In this document: positions 38,531 through 51,702 of the stretch, in pieces
Layout: each line of letters starts with the position of its first letter
Numbering within the stretch: the first letter of the stretch is position 1
Assembly: GCF_006345805.1 (NCBI RefSeq)
Contig: NC_043002.1
Location: forward strand, 116,002,001 to 116,066,000
From: Octopus sinensis
Taxonomy: Eukaryota
DNA: 64,000 nt
Direction: 5' to 3'
Program-made: the position numbers and the translations under genes
The notes under the pieces: generated by a model
Database searches by the model: none
Told to the model about the DNA's origin: nothing
Seen by the model: the letters and a program-made list of their open reading frames with translations, nothing else

Positions 38531-39934
38531 CTGCAATCCAAGGTACTTATATATATATGAAGTAATTTTGGCTACCCGATGTCTTCAACAATATGTGTGT
38601 GTGTGTGTGTGTGTAAGTATGTATGTATCATCATCATCATCATCTTCCTCATCTGCTTTTCATGCTGGCATAGGTTAGACAGTTGGACTGGAACTAGTAA
38701 GCTGGAGGTCTACACCAGGTTCCAGTCCGACTTGGCATGGTTTCTATGGCTGGATGCCCTTCCTAACGCCAACTACCGCAAGAGTGTAATGGGTGCTTTT
38801 CATGTGCTTCTGGCATGGTTGCCATTTAAATGACACTGGTAATGGCCACAACTATGATTTCACTTGACGAGTCTTCTCAAGCTCAGCAAAGGTCTCGGTC
38901 ACTTGTCATCTCCATGAGGTCTGACAGTTGAAGCTCATGCCACCGGCAAAGGCTATGTTTATGATTTCACAGGTGCCATTCATATGACACTGGCAACAAT
39001 ATTTGTATATATACATTCAAAGTAAATAAATCCTAACTCAGTTTTAATGATCAGTATTCCAGTTGTTTGATCAACTGAGCGATCTACAGGTTAAATTAAG
39101 ATATTTTCCTGCATACAAGTTTAAACTTTTCAGATTGAAATTTACAGATAAAAAAGGTAGATCAACTTATACACAAAGATGACTTTGGAGAACCAAAAAT
39201 TCCATGTGAACTGCAGCAGGATTTGGGAAGATAGTGAAAATGTTTGGATGTTTACACTATATATTTAAACTACATATTATGTCAGCTTGTATGCCCGAAA
39301 ATACAGTATAGCATAAGTAACAGGGTATCCAATAGACACTTGTACTCTTTGCCTAATCTGCAGTGAGAATGAGTTGATTCAGTGTGTTACAAGTTGACTC
39401 TGTCAACAGCAGGAACAGTCTACTTACAGAATTTCTAGTTGTTTAATTTCACACACAAGTCAAACCTAGTCTATAGCAGAAGACACTTGTCTAAAGATCT
39501 TTGTAGTGGTATCAAGCTCTGGACTTGTGATTGTGAGGCAAACTTCTTAACTATTTGGCCAATGGTGGGAAAACAAATGTAAAATTGGTCTAATACGTAA
39601 AAAAAAGATTCTAAATGAAGGACTTTTTAGTAAATGAAATTGTGAAATTTTTCAGATTGCCATATTTACAGTTGCACTACACATACACACATGTTCTCTC
39701 TTAAATGTCTAAAATGAGTTGATATTTATAACATTATAGTTTTTCTGATTATTAACTTAATCATAACAGCTGGAATATATATATATTTTTTAATATAGTT
39801 GGTTTTGGTTAATTGCATAGCCTCAGTGGCTGAAATTCTTATGTAATTAACTGAATTCAGTGAGTAATCAATAAATTATGAAAATTTGATATATTTGTAA
39901 CAGTAAGACACTGTGACTATTATATATGTATGAA

Positions 39935-40135
39935 GGTGAGCTGGCAGAACCGTTAGCATGCCGGGCGAAATGCGTAGCCGTATTTTGTCTGCCGTTACGT
40001 TCGGAGTTCAAATTCCGCCGAGGTCGACTTTGCCTTTCCTCCTTTCGGGGTCGATAAATTAAGTACCAGTTACGCACTGGGGTCGATGTAGTCGACTTAA
40101 TCCGTTTGTCTGTCCTTGTTTGTCCCTCTGTGTAA
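39935..40135 (+). mobile_element. tRNA-related SINE family D
   Basis: GGTGAGCTGGCAGAA..GAGTTCAAATTCC head, CTTTCGGGGTCGATAAATTAAGTACCAG body. Other copies at 48030-48220, ~24670-24780 and ~52175-52220. Confidence 0.75.
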
Positions 40136-40223
40136 AGAAACATATATGTATGAATGATATAACAAAACAAGAATAAACTGGTTTTTACTTCCAATTCATT
40201 TTGTTTCATTGAACATTGATCTA

Positions 40224-41436
40224 TTAGGTTGTTTCACATGAAATGTCACATTTTTAATTACTTGTTATTTCAGTCATTTAAAAACTCAATTATGTATACC
40301 TTGCATTTAATCTTGACCCTTTTTCTTTCCCAACAAAATTCGTACCCACAGACCTTATGAAAATGATAATAACCAAACTATGTTGAGTGATTTTCTCGTA
40401 TGAATACAAACTGGGTCACTCTGCCACGGAAGCTCTACGGAATATCAAGCGGGACTTTGGTAATGGTTTTGTTGACATCAGAACTGCTCAGAGATAGTTC
40501 TAAAGCTCTTGTTCAGGAGATGATAGCCTTGAAAATAAACCAAGGGTTAGGCCAAAATCAATTATTTGGCATGATGGATTAAATGCTTTGGTTGAACAAA
40601 ATCCGAGAACAAAAGTTCAAAAAATTTCATTAGAACTTCAAACATCTCGCATCACTGTTTTTGGTTACCTGTAAAAAATTGGAAAAGTCAAGAGAAAAGA
40701 TAGGTTTGTTCCACATCAATTGAACGAGATTAAAATAAACAAAAAAACAGACACCTCAAAGTGTGCTCCTTTTTGCTTTCTCAACTGGAAGAAGACCATT
40801 TTTGCATCAAATAATTACTTGTGATGAGAAATGGATACTCTTTGACAACAGCAGGAGAACAGGACAGTGATTAGATGCAGGAGAATCATCAAAATACAGC
40901 CCAAACCCATCATTGCACCTTAAAAAGCTAGTGGTCACTGTATGGTGGTCTGCAAGAGGAATTATTCATTTTTCATTTTTGCAACAAGGAAAAACGGTAA
41001 CAGCAACATCATATTGCCAGGAAATTGATTGTATGCATGAGAATTTGAAAAAGAAGCAACCCAGACCAGTGAATAGAGATGGCCCAATTTTGCTCCATGA
41101 CAATACACGTCCTTACATTCCTCAAGCTATGGACCAAAACTTGCAAAGCCTGAATTATGAGCTTTTGCAACATCCTCCCTATTTCCCTGATATCCCTCCT
41201 ACTGATCATCACTTATTCAAGCATTTTGGGCTTTTCATAAGCAATAAAACATTCTTAAATAGAGAAGAGGTAATTGAGGCATTCAAACAGTTTATCACAG
41301 CAGATATAGAGAAACGTTGGGTAAACGTCATAAGTGAACATGGATCATACTTTAATTAAATAAATCAGTTCTCTAAAACTTCTGAAACATTTTATTGTTA
41401 CCTTTCAAATACGACATTTCACATGAAACAACCTAA
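40224..41436 (+). mobile_element. Mariner transposon, full length, decayed (cecropia/Hsmar1-like)
   Basis: TIR TTAGGTTGTTTCA..TGAAATGTC at both ends with TA flanks; IITCDEKWIL, VTVWWSARGIIH, LLHDN and HPPYFPDIPPTDHHLFKH motifs. Confidence 0.92.
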
Positions 41437-42359
41437 TATATATCTTATAAAGTTTACTACAAGCTCGGCAGTGTCGAGTTCATTACTTCACAGGACACAA
41501 CCAAGACATTTAATTTACTTTCACTTCAAGCTGTTTTATTTTTTTATCAGTCCTTTCAGCCATCCATCCATTCATCTCTCCATCCCTCCCTCTATTTCCT
41601 CTCCCTCCCTCAATCCATCCATCTATTTACCCATCCATCCATCTTTTTCATTCACTACTAGGAGGGTTTTAGGAGTACAGTCCTTAATCTACTCCTGCCA
41701 TTATCCATATAACTCTACTCTTCTCTCCTTCTATCTTAATACTTGTGTAACAAGGGATTGTACTGGACCAATTGGTATCTGATACACCCTCTGTCATCCT
41801 ACTGTTGTCAGCCACCACTCCATTTCTTGTAGGTTGCTTGTTCTTCACATCCATCTCTTTATTACCATCAACTATTTTTACGACTATCTATTCATGCAGC
41901 TGCCATTACTGTTTCTCTTCCATTACCTTCTGCCATTACTATCTTTCTCTCTCTCTGTCTGTCTTCCTCCCTCTCTCTCTCTTCATTACTGTCTATCTTT
42001 ACTGTTTCTTTCTCTCCCTCTCTGTACCCTCTGCCATTGCTGTCTGTCTGTTTCTTTCATTACACTCTGCCATAACTCTTAACATTGTTTCATCCACATC
42101 TACCACTTTGTCATCCTGTGCACTCTGTCTCCACTATCATACTCATGCTTCTTTCTCACTCTCACTCCAGTTCATGTTCCATCCCTATATCTTCGATTCA
42201 CACAAAATGTGGAATAGTGAAGATTCTTCAGTTTTACAGATTACAAAGCAATCTTGGTAGTCATATGGTAAAATGTATTCAGTACACATTATAAAGCGGT
42301 TGGCAAATGAGCAGAGAGACCATATGGGTGTCAAGAGACCTTTTAGTTTTGTCTTGCCA

Positions 42360-42531
42360 AGGCGTAGGAGTGGCTGTGTGGTAAGTAGCTTGTTTACCAG
42401 CCACATGGTTCCGTGTTCAGTCCTATTGCATGGCACCCTGGGTAAGTGTCTTCTACTATAGCCTCTGGTCGACCAAAGCCTTGTGAGTGGATTTGGTAGG
42501 TGGAAATTGAAAGAAGCTCATCGTATATATG

Positions 42532-42572
<41 letters not shown>

Positions 42573-42785
42573 ATGTATATGTTTGTGTGTCTGTGTTTGT
42601 CCCCCTAACATCGCTTGACAACCGATGCTGGTGTGTTTACGTCACCGTAACTTAGCTGTTTGGCAAAAGAGACCGATAGAATAAGTACTAGACTTACAAA
42701 GAATAAGTCCTGGGGTCGATTTGCTCGACTAAAGGTGGTGCTCCAGCATGGCCACAGTCAAATGGCTGAAACAAGTAAAAGAGTT
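42360..42785 (+). mobile_element. SINE family B, full length
   Basis: Near match to 25597-26060 and 54264-54760. Confidence 0.85.
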
Positions 42786-43479
42786 AAAGATATTACAACC
42801 TCATCTCTAGTGCTTGTCTCACAATAAAATGTCCCTGTCTAGAAAAGTAATAACTCTGAATAAGAATTGGCTGTGGAACTCTAACCAGCCATGCAAGCAG
42901 GGAAAGTAGATGTAAAATGATGATGATGAGGATGATGCATCAGCAGAATAAGGATTCAACATATCCTCCAAGAGTGTTTTCAAAACTCCTTGATATTTTT
43001 CTCAGTTACTCAAACTTAGCTTGATTCATACATCCCCATAGTTAAACTTAGACACTTTGAATTACTTAATGTTGACATTTAGGGTCATGCAATTTATCAA
43101 AAATCTAGTTGGGTCAATCTCAGGTTGATAATGAAAAGAACAAAAGGCTTAATTAAAGACTATTTTTTTTTAAACAAAGATGATTTATTTATTGAAGAAT
43201 TTTATTCTATAATCCCCTAAATTGGATTAAATGGCACCAGAATTTGAGCTTTGAAAGTCTTAATTGCATTGAAATAGTAAGAATAGCTTGAATATATTTG
43301 ACATTTTTAACATAGGTTGCTTGTAAACATGTAGTACAAAAATATGAATCACTTTTATATGAAACTAGGTCTTTAGCCATTGTTAACGATGCACATACCT
43401 TCTTTTAATAGTAGACTGTTATATAGTGAAAGCCTTGTTAGTTACCACAGTGACAACACTCTACTTATCAATTTAGCTT

Positions 43480-43598
43480 TCAACAGTCTGTCTGTATCTA
43501 TCTCTGTCTATGTCTGTCTGTCGGTCTCTCTCACTGTATTTCTCTCTCAACAACAACAACAACCTGTTTTTTGTTGAAACAAATTTTAGTTTTATCTT

Positions 43599-43639
<41 letters not shown>

Positions 43640-44009
43640 CTCTCTCTCTCTCTTACTGAATTTCTCTCTACAACAACAGCCTCACATTATTGTGAAAGTG
43701 TTTTTTTTAAAGTCTGTGTTGCCTTGACTCTACGCTGAAAGATATACAGAAACACAGATATAGAAATACACACACACACGCACAGACAACCACAAAAATA
43801 ACTATCTATGTTGTTATATGACGAAGGTCCTCTTTTTTTTGAAGTCTGTGTAGCTTTGTGTTAACAGGCTTGCACTTAAAATTCCCATGTTTTAAATCAA
43901 AGCTTGATAGTTACTATGGTGACAACACTACCTACCTGTCTGTCCTATCTATCCATCCATCCATCCATCCATCCATCCATCCATCCATCCATCCATCCAT
44001 CCATCCATC

Positions 44010-44077
<68 letters not shown>

Positions 44078-44110
44078 CTTTTTCACACACACTCTGTCTA
44101 TCTCACTATA
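43480..44110. repeat. Compound microsatellite cluster (CA)n, (CT)n, (ATCC)n, (ATCT)n
   Basis: Directly visible. Confidence 0.9.
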
Positions 44111-44946
44111 TTTCTTTCTCAGCAACGATTTTTACTCCTCCTTTACATATATCTTGTGATGGACAGGCAAATAGAGATCAGCTTCTCTTTTGTAATATAA
44201 GATATAGAAAATTGTCTAATTTTATGCTACATTTTATAACTTTTTTTATTTTACTCAGAATAAGGAGAAAATCTTTTGCAGTTAATTAGAATTAACTTTA
44301 TTTGTGCCTGCAATTAATTGGACATTTTTACATAGATTTGGTGCTAAACAGATGTTTTGAAAAGTTATGCAAATATCCTGATTTTTACAACTAGATTAAG
44401 ATTTGTTCAGTTTGATCCTCAATCACATCGTGTCATATTCTTATTTCCTACCTTTTACTGAAATTTAAAACTAAACATGAGCGACCAGAAAACAAAAACA
44501 AATGTATTGCAAACATCTCATGAATTTTCAGAATGTCATATAAAGGAAATGGTTGTAGTGGTGGCAGTGGTGTAAAATGTTAAAATAGTGGAAATTGAAT
44601 AAATATTAATGAGAGAAGAAACGTCAAAGTCAGGGATGATTGAATGCATTTGGTGCCAGAAAGGAAATCATACAGCACTTGAACAGCATTTACATAATTG
44701 ATAGAGAACCACAGTAGAAACTTAGAAAAATCAGAACAATAGTACTGTCAGTAAGCTTGGTTGTAACATTGAAAAATGAATATTAAAAAAACATCCAAAA
44801 ATGTTACCACCTCATCCCACATCTTCCTAGATCTACACTTGTGGAAAGAGTAGACCCAGAAAGACATGAGACAAAATGGTCAAATATGATCTTCAGATAC
44901 ATTATTTACATTCGACGGATATTTGTCCTCCTCTTGTTTGTTGTTA

Positions 44947-44990
44947 ACACAACGTTTCGGCTGATATACCCTCCAGCCTTCATCAGGTGT
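44947..44990 (-). ncRNA. Minimal type I hammerhead motif (GUU)
   Basis: Identical 44-mer to 1625-1668. Confidence 0.75.
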
Positions 44991-45301
44991 CTTGGGGAAA
45001 TTTCAAACCTGGGTTCTTATTCCTAAGGTATTTTCCAATGTTGTTATTATTATTATTGTTCAGGTCACTGCTTGGAATCGAACTCAGAATCTTTAGTAGC
45101 CTGTGCTCTTAACCACTACGCCATATGCCCGTGGCATATGGCATAGCCCAGGGGCATATGGCGTAGTGGTTAAGAGCGTAGGCTACAAACCCAAAGATTC
45201 CGAGTTTGATTCCAAGCAGTGACCTGAACAATAATAATAATAATAATAATAACATCGAAAAATACCTTAGGAATGAGAACCCAGGTTCAAATTTCCCCAA
45301 G

Positions 45302-45345
45302 ACACCTGAAGAAGGCTGGAGGGTATATCAGCTGAAATGTTGTGT
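45302..45345 (+). ncRNA. Hammerhead motif with two CpG-type substitutions
   Basis: ACAC CTGAAGA A GGCTG..CAGCT GAAAT GTT GTGT. Confidence 0.6.
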
Positions 45346-45892
45346 TAACAACAAACACGATGAGGACAAATATCCGTGTAATGTAAGTAATGTAAATAAT
45401 TCCTCATCTCTTAAATATAGAACTGATCTTCAGATGTTGAGTTCCATGAAGGCAATGACATTTAACTGAAACTTTACTGATTTACTGTGCTTGAGAAGAC
45501 ATGTCAAGCTAAGTGAATCATGGTCATTGCCAGTATTGGTGACACATAAAAAAACACCCGGTACACTCTGTAAAGTGGTTGGCATTAGGAAGGGCATCCA
45601 TCCATAGAAACCATGCCAAATCAGGACAACGGAGCCTGGTGCAGGTTTCTGGTTTAGCAGTCTCAGTCAAACTGTCTGACGACACATGCTCGCATGGAAA
45701 ATGGACGTTAAATGATGGTGGTAGTGGTGTGATGACAATGGTGATGATGATGATGATGATGATCATGGACTACCCTTAGTTTAAAAATAAATTCCTAGTT
45801 TGAATCCATCCTGGTATTACCAAAACTGGTGATGATCAAAGATCAGACGAGCCAAATATTGTGTAGATATCATGTAGTCATTTTATATTTTA

Positions 45893-46280
45893 CTTGTTTC
45901 AGTCATTAGACTGTGAACATGCTCCAGCATGGTCTTGAAGAATTTTAGGTGAATGAATTGACCCTGGTACTTATTATTACTTTTTAAAGTCTGGTACTTA
46001 TTCTATCTGTCTCTTTTGACAAACAGCTAAGTTATAGGGGAGGTAAACTGGATGTCAAGTAGTAGTGGGGATATAAACACACCAACACCAGTTGTCAAGT
46101 AGTTGTGGGAGACAAACACACACACACACACACATATGCACAAACACACATACATGACAGGTGTTGTTCAGTTTCCATTTACCTGATCCACTCACAAGGC
46201 TTTGGTTAGCCGAAGGCTATAGTAGGAGATACTTGCCCAAGGTACCATGCTGTGGGACTGAACCCAGAACCATGTGGGTG
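45893..46280 (-). mobile_element. SINE family B (RTE-type tail fragment adjacent at ~45524-45770, plus strand)
   Basis: Reverse complement of family B modules. Confidence 0.65.
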
Positions 46281-48649
46281 GGAAGCAACTCTAATAAGTC
46301 CAAAAATTAAAATCCAAACTCATTTTTTGCAATTGAATTTTCTCATCAACCAATACTCTTTTTATTTTTTATTGGTCAAGTTATGGAAGTTGTTTAAATC
46401 TACTACATGTGATAATTCCTATTTTTGGATACTAAAAACTGTTGTATATTATCAAAGCATACAACAGTAAGTCTTATCTTTAAAGTATTTAGCTGTACTA
46501 ATTCTAGTGACAGTCAGCTTATTTAGAACATTGCTTTCACATCTGAGGCAGTTGAGGCAATTGTAGATTATGTTTGACAACAGTGAAATCCTGTTCTGCA
46601 TAGATAAAATGACATAAACCTGCATTACTCCTTCAGGCTTACAAATACTTAAATAATGACAATAACAACAGTAATAATGACAAACACTATGTATAATATA
46701 CCCTTTTGTGATAGTAAAGTGTATAAAATCTAAATGAAATATTTTAAAGTATTTAATGAATATTCTGAAGTATTTAAAATTGATAAAAGTTGTTTTATGA
46801 GTCTATTGCATAAATTGAATGATATATAATGCTGAGATTGCTCTATTTTCTGATTAGAATTAACACTTTAAAAATAGTTGTTTGTGTTATAATATTTAGG
46901 TTTTTAAAATACCAAATATTAACAGGATTATAAAGTTGGAGATAAAAATTGTTTGCAAGACAAACAGCTTCAATGTATTGATTATTGCAACGAATAAGGT
47001 GTAGCAACTGTATACATAAAGGAAGGTAGCAAAAATATCTGAATAAATTTCTTAGAATCTTTCAACATAACTTGCCTATACTAAACTCGAGAATCTGTGA
47101 TAAATTTGATTAGTTTCTGCTCTTGATCTTATTTGTTCTTCATGTTATTGATTTTTGGAGAAAATTCGAACACTGAGGAGATAATATGTTATCTCTTTGC
47201 AGTTTGTTGCAGATATTAAGTTACTATCATTGGTTCAAAAGGTGCTTATAAGATTTTATTTTAGTTGAAATATTTCAGCCAAAATGAACCAAAGATCTTT
47301 CAAATCTGAGGTTCTTAATCAAATTTAATATTAAATGATATCATGATACAGAGAAAAAAAAATGGAAAAGAGGTTTGTTGAAATGTATGAAATATTTAAA
47401 TTATCCTCCACATGGACACTCTTCCTTCATAAATATATTCACAGGGGAAAAGAAATCAGATCAACCATTGATAAGTAACAAATTTAAGCCCAGCAAATTA
47501 GAATCAAGGTGCATTACTTACATTCAAATAGAGACAATTTGACAAAATCTGAAAGATTACAGGTGTACAAAATAATAAAAGTTACAATCAGATTGAAATT
47601 ACTGTAGCATAATATGCAACTGTTAGAAAGCACAATATCTGAGAGGGAAAATGAATCTATTTACAATGGTTGTAAGTATTGCAGAGAATATGGCAGTGCT
47701 CAGGATTAAAGCTTCAGAAAAATAGTCGAAGAGGGAAAGAGGGGGGAAAAAAAATCAAGGACCATGTGAAAACGAAAATGTTGAAGGTAAAATAACAATA
47801 AAACAAAAATAAGTGCACTAAACAGCAAAAAGAATGTGAATATACCAATGATATGGCGAAGAAATGTATTGAGAAGAGAAAAATATGATTGTTTTGCTGA
47901 ACATTGAGACAGAAGTGATCAAGAAAGTTCACAAGATGATAGACTGTCTATGAAATCTTGAAGTAAATTTATTAAATACTGAAAATAAGAAAAAGTAAAA
48001 AAAATGGTCTGAATATTAAGAAAGCTGAAGGCAGCGAGCTGGCAGAATTGTTGATGGGCAAAATGTTTAGCAATTTCATCCGTTTTTAAGTTCTGAGTTC
48101 AAATCCTGCCCTTTTTCGGGGTAATAAATAAGTACCAGCTGAGCACTGGGGTTGATGTAATTGACTTACTCTCTCCCCCCAAATTACTGGCCTTGTGCCA
48201 AAATTTGAAACCAGTATTAAGAAAGTTGGAATGTAAGTGTATCAGAAAAGTTAAGGCATCAAATGAAACGACTAAACAAACACTGAAAGTGTAGAGCCAC
48301 AATCCTTATATTTACAAAAAATATATCACAATCATATGTTAAGGTTGAATCTTCGTGTCTCTCCTCAATCAAGGTGGCTCTGTAAATAGTTCTTCCACAA
48401 ATAATCATTGTATTTGTTACTCAATTTGCTTCTTACTCCACACTGTACACACAGCATAATCACCTCTCAAACTGTCCTCCTTTAATTTCTCCTACCCATA
48501 ATAAATTTTTCAATCTTTTTATCATTACCATCATCTATTCCAAACTACAGGTGATAGTTTGCCTCATTTCTAACTCAATCACCTATTTTGTAGTCTTACT
48601 CTGATCCTGCTACTTATCATCCTATCATCATCAAGCCTACAAAACAAGC

Positions 48650-48990
48650 AGCTCCTTGATAATCTTGAGTTGCTTTCCATTCTCAACGTCTTCAACTAAA
48701 ACATTTACATACAGCCATCAATCAGACAAATAGAAAAAAGTCATTCCAATTGGTTAAGTCTTCAATATGTCTGGGATGTGAATTTCCCAGCTAATCAACT
48801 TGTCCTTCATCTTTTTTCTGAATTCATCAATCAAAAGTTGCTCCATCAAAGTATGCAGAGATGAGACTCTCTCTGACCCACATCTTATCTGTTCAGTTTT
48901 AGAGTTTCACATTCATTATTCTGTACATTAATGATTTATTTGCTTCAATGTTTTACCATGTACACTACTATGCAGATGATACACTCATCA
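48650..48990 (+). pseudogene. Non-LTR reverse transcriptase relic
   Basis: 48921-48986 translates LYINDLFASMFYHVHYYADDTL (YADD motif). Confidence 0.65.
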
Positions 48991-50946
48991 TTCTGTGTAG
49001 TTCTACACACAGAACTCTTCCACAGGAAACTGAGATACTTCATACAAGACTTGCATTGCTTTCATAAAACTTGAAAAACACCTTTCAGTGATATGACCAA
49101 CTGTCCATTGCCTGCTGTAAAATGCTGCATAGAAGTCTTTGTTCTCAATTTTACAAGGAACATCTATCTCTCCAGAGCTTACTTTGACAATTCTGTAGTT
49201 CTCATTCTTCTGCAATATACATATGGCACATTGTATCTCTAGGAACTCTACTCAGTCTTCATTGACCAGAATGTCTCTGACCTGGTCAATCATATCCATC
49301 CTCACCACTACATCAATTCCTTTGACAATGCAATCATGATCACCTTGACTATCAACTTCACAGTACTTGAACCCTTACATCAAACCTTTCTCTCATCAAC
49401 TGCACTTATACTGTTCAACATTCCACTGGCTATCCATCAGCTTTGAAGTCAATAAGATAGTTGTTTAACTAACATCAACCAGGATTCTTGCCTTGCTTTC
49501 TCCTATCAAAACTTTCACCACAGATAGCAAATGAGTGCCTCTATTCACTTAACAATGGCTTACTTTATGACTAGCCTGGTCACATCAATAGCAAATCAAT
49601 TCTGGTTTGGGCTCTTTGCAATCCCTGACCATATATAACTGAAACACTACTTCTTAAATGCTTGAATCTGCCTAATTCTCTCTACTGACCCTTCATTGCT
49701 GGCTGTCTTATTGTAAACACTGTCATAAGGTTTTGCGTTTTGTTCACTATTAACACTCTAAGCTCTGGATACCAAATTTCCTATAGCTATGGAAGATTTG
49801 CTATCCAATGCTGCGGTCTTACTGATATGTGGTCAGGGAAATCAGTTACAAACACTAGCTTGACTGTCCTTTCTATTTCTGGTCTTGTATATCCAACTAG
49901 TCCTGCCAATGTCTTGACCTCATTAGCAAACATATCCACCTAGGTTCTATAAATTTTCTCTCCCTAGCCTACTTTAGGGTTCAAATGCTCCCTCTCTAAA
50001 AATCTCTTTTAGTTTGCATCTTTTTTTTTTCTACATCGAGCTGGGCTTCTCCATTGATCTATAGATATAGAGCCAACACTGACCCCTCTAGATACAACAG
50101 CATAAAGCTTGCTACATCACGAATCCCCTGCAACTTCACAAACAGCCTCATCTTCTTCACTCATAGAATCACATCTCCCTTGCCACTAAACTACCTTTTT
50201 ACATAACTATTTATTTTTACCTTGCTTGACATAATTTTTCCAGTTATGAGCTGAAATAGATTGCAGGCGAACAACAGAAAATGCTTACATGCTTTCCTAA
50301 GCCACAAACCTTCAACACCAATTCTCCAGGGTGCTCATACAGAACAAAGAAGGTTCTGGGTCCCACTGTGAAGAAGCAGAATGTGCATCTACCAATGGCT
50401 GCAGAGGAATCAAGCTTTACTCTTTTCTTTTGGGTTCCCACATGCAAAGTGACACCTTCTAGTGAAAAAGGCACATACCACTAATTACCTCTCAATACAC
50501 CATCCCAGCTTACTGCCACCACCAGCTAGCCGAGTTCACACCATCACAAAAATAAGAAACCTTTAAAGACTGAAATGTTTAGAAATTTTAGTCAATCAGA
50601 TCCAATGTTTTTTGATCATGTGTTTTGCTTTCATTTTTGAAAGACAACACTTTTGAATGACAATCATTACAAATTACAATTTTTGAGAAATTACAGAACA
50701 ATGAAAATATTTAATGAAAGAAAACAACAAATTAACGTTTGTAATGGAATTTTGTGATGCACTATAAACCTTAACCTTAACCTAAACTCTAACATTAAAA
50801 CCTAAACCTAAACTTTGATCCCTAATTCCAAAATGGTTTCAATCATTTGCTATGGAGACATTTACAAATAACCTCAACTGATGGATGAGATGTTGAGAAT
50901 GGATAATTCTTATTGGTTAAAGTTACAAAAATTTTCAGTTTTTAAA

Positions 50947-51090
50947 CATCATCATCATCATCATTTAACGTCTGCTTTCCATGCTAGCATGGGTTGGACG
51001 ATTTGACTGAGTACTGGCAAACCAGATGGCTGCGCCAGGCTCCAGTCTGATCTGGCAGAGTCTCTAACAGCTGGATGCCCTTCCTAATGT
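50947..51090 (-). mobile_element. RTE-type 3' end fragment
   Basis: (CAT)n + TTTAACGTCTGCTTTCCATGCTAGCATGG..GGATGCCCTTCCTAA. Confidence 0.7.
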
Positions 51091-51363
51091 CTCCAGAGCC
51101 GCATCAAACGATGGGAGAAATGCGTAACTCTGGGTGGTTCCTATGTAGAAAAAGACTAATAACTGTGCCAAGTTTCGTTGCTCTACTGCTATGGGAAGTG
51201 GGTCAGGGGCATTACTTATTGAACGTCCCTCGTAAGTCAATGTTCGTTGTTTTATGTATTAAAAAAAAAAAGACTCATCTTTTAGCCACATATGCATAAA
51301 TGAAGTTAAAATTGAGCGAAAAACAATAGTTTACAAAAGTAAACAGTAAGAAAAGGGCAAAAT

Positions 51364-51702
51364 GGTAGAATTACAGATTAACACCCGCACAATTTTCACT
51401 AAGAAAAAAAAAACTCGGATATTTTGCGTGGAATCAAGTACCCTGACCTCCTAATATGCTGGAAATCCCATATTTTGGTTCGGAATTGGTCCGGAAGGGG
51501 GGGGGGGTATTACCCCCCCCCCGCGGAATTTTCACACAAAAAAGAACTCTGATTTTTTGCGTGGAATCAAGTACTGTGACCTCGTAATATGCTGGAAATC
51601 CCATATTTAGGTTCGGAAGGGTGGGGGGCGGGGCAGCCCAAAAAATCAGTTTTTTTTTTTTTCTTAGTGAAAATCTGGCGGGTGTTAATCTGTAATTTTA
51701 CC
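51364..51702. mobile_element. MITE with 8-bp TSD and GG-initiated TIRs (Merlin-like)
   Basis: TSD GGCAAAAT at 51356-51363 and 51703-51710. ~50-bp TIRs GGTA(G/A)AATTACAGATTAACACCCGC. Internal ~65-bp direct repeat. Confidence 0.8.

Larger units (their letters stand above)
44899..45423. mobile_element. Inverted head-to-head dimer of the tRNA-headed hammerhead element with 12-bp TSD
   Basis: TGATCTTCAGAT at 44887-44898 and 45424-45435. Minus copy 44899-45130; plus copy ~45151-45423. Confidence 0.85.

Noticed and set aside
39420-39470. Strong GTAAGT donor on the minus strand
   Set aside because: The preceding candidate exon has stops in all three frames.
50765-50826. Telomere-like (TAACC/TAAACC) repeats
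   Set aside because: Short, irregular and internal; insufficient for an interstitial telomere call.
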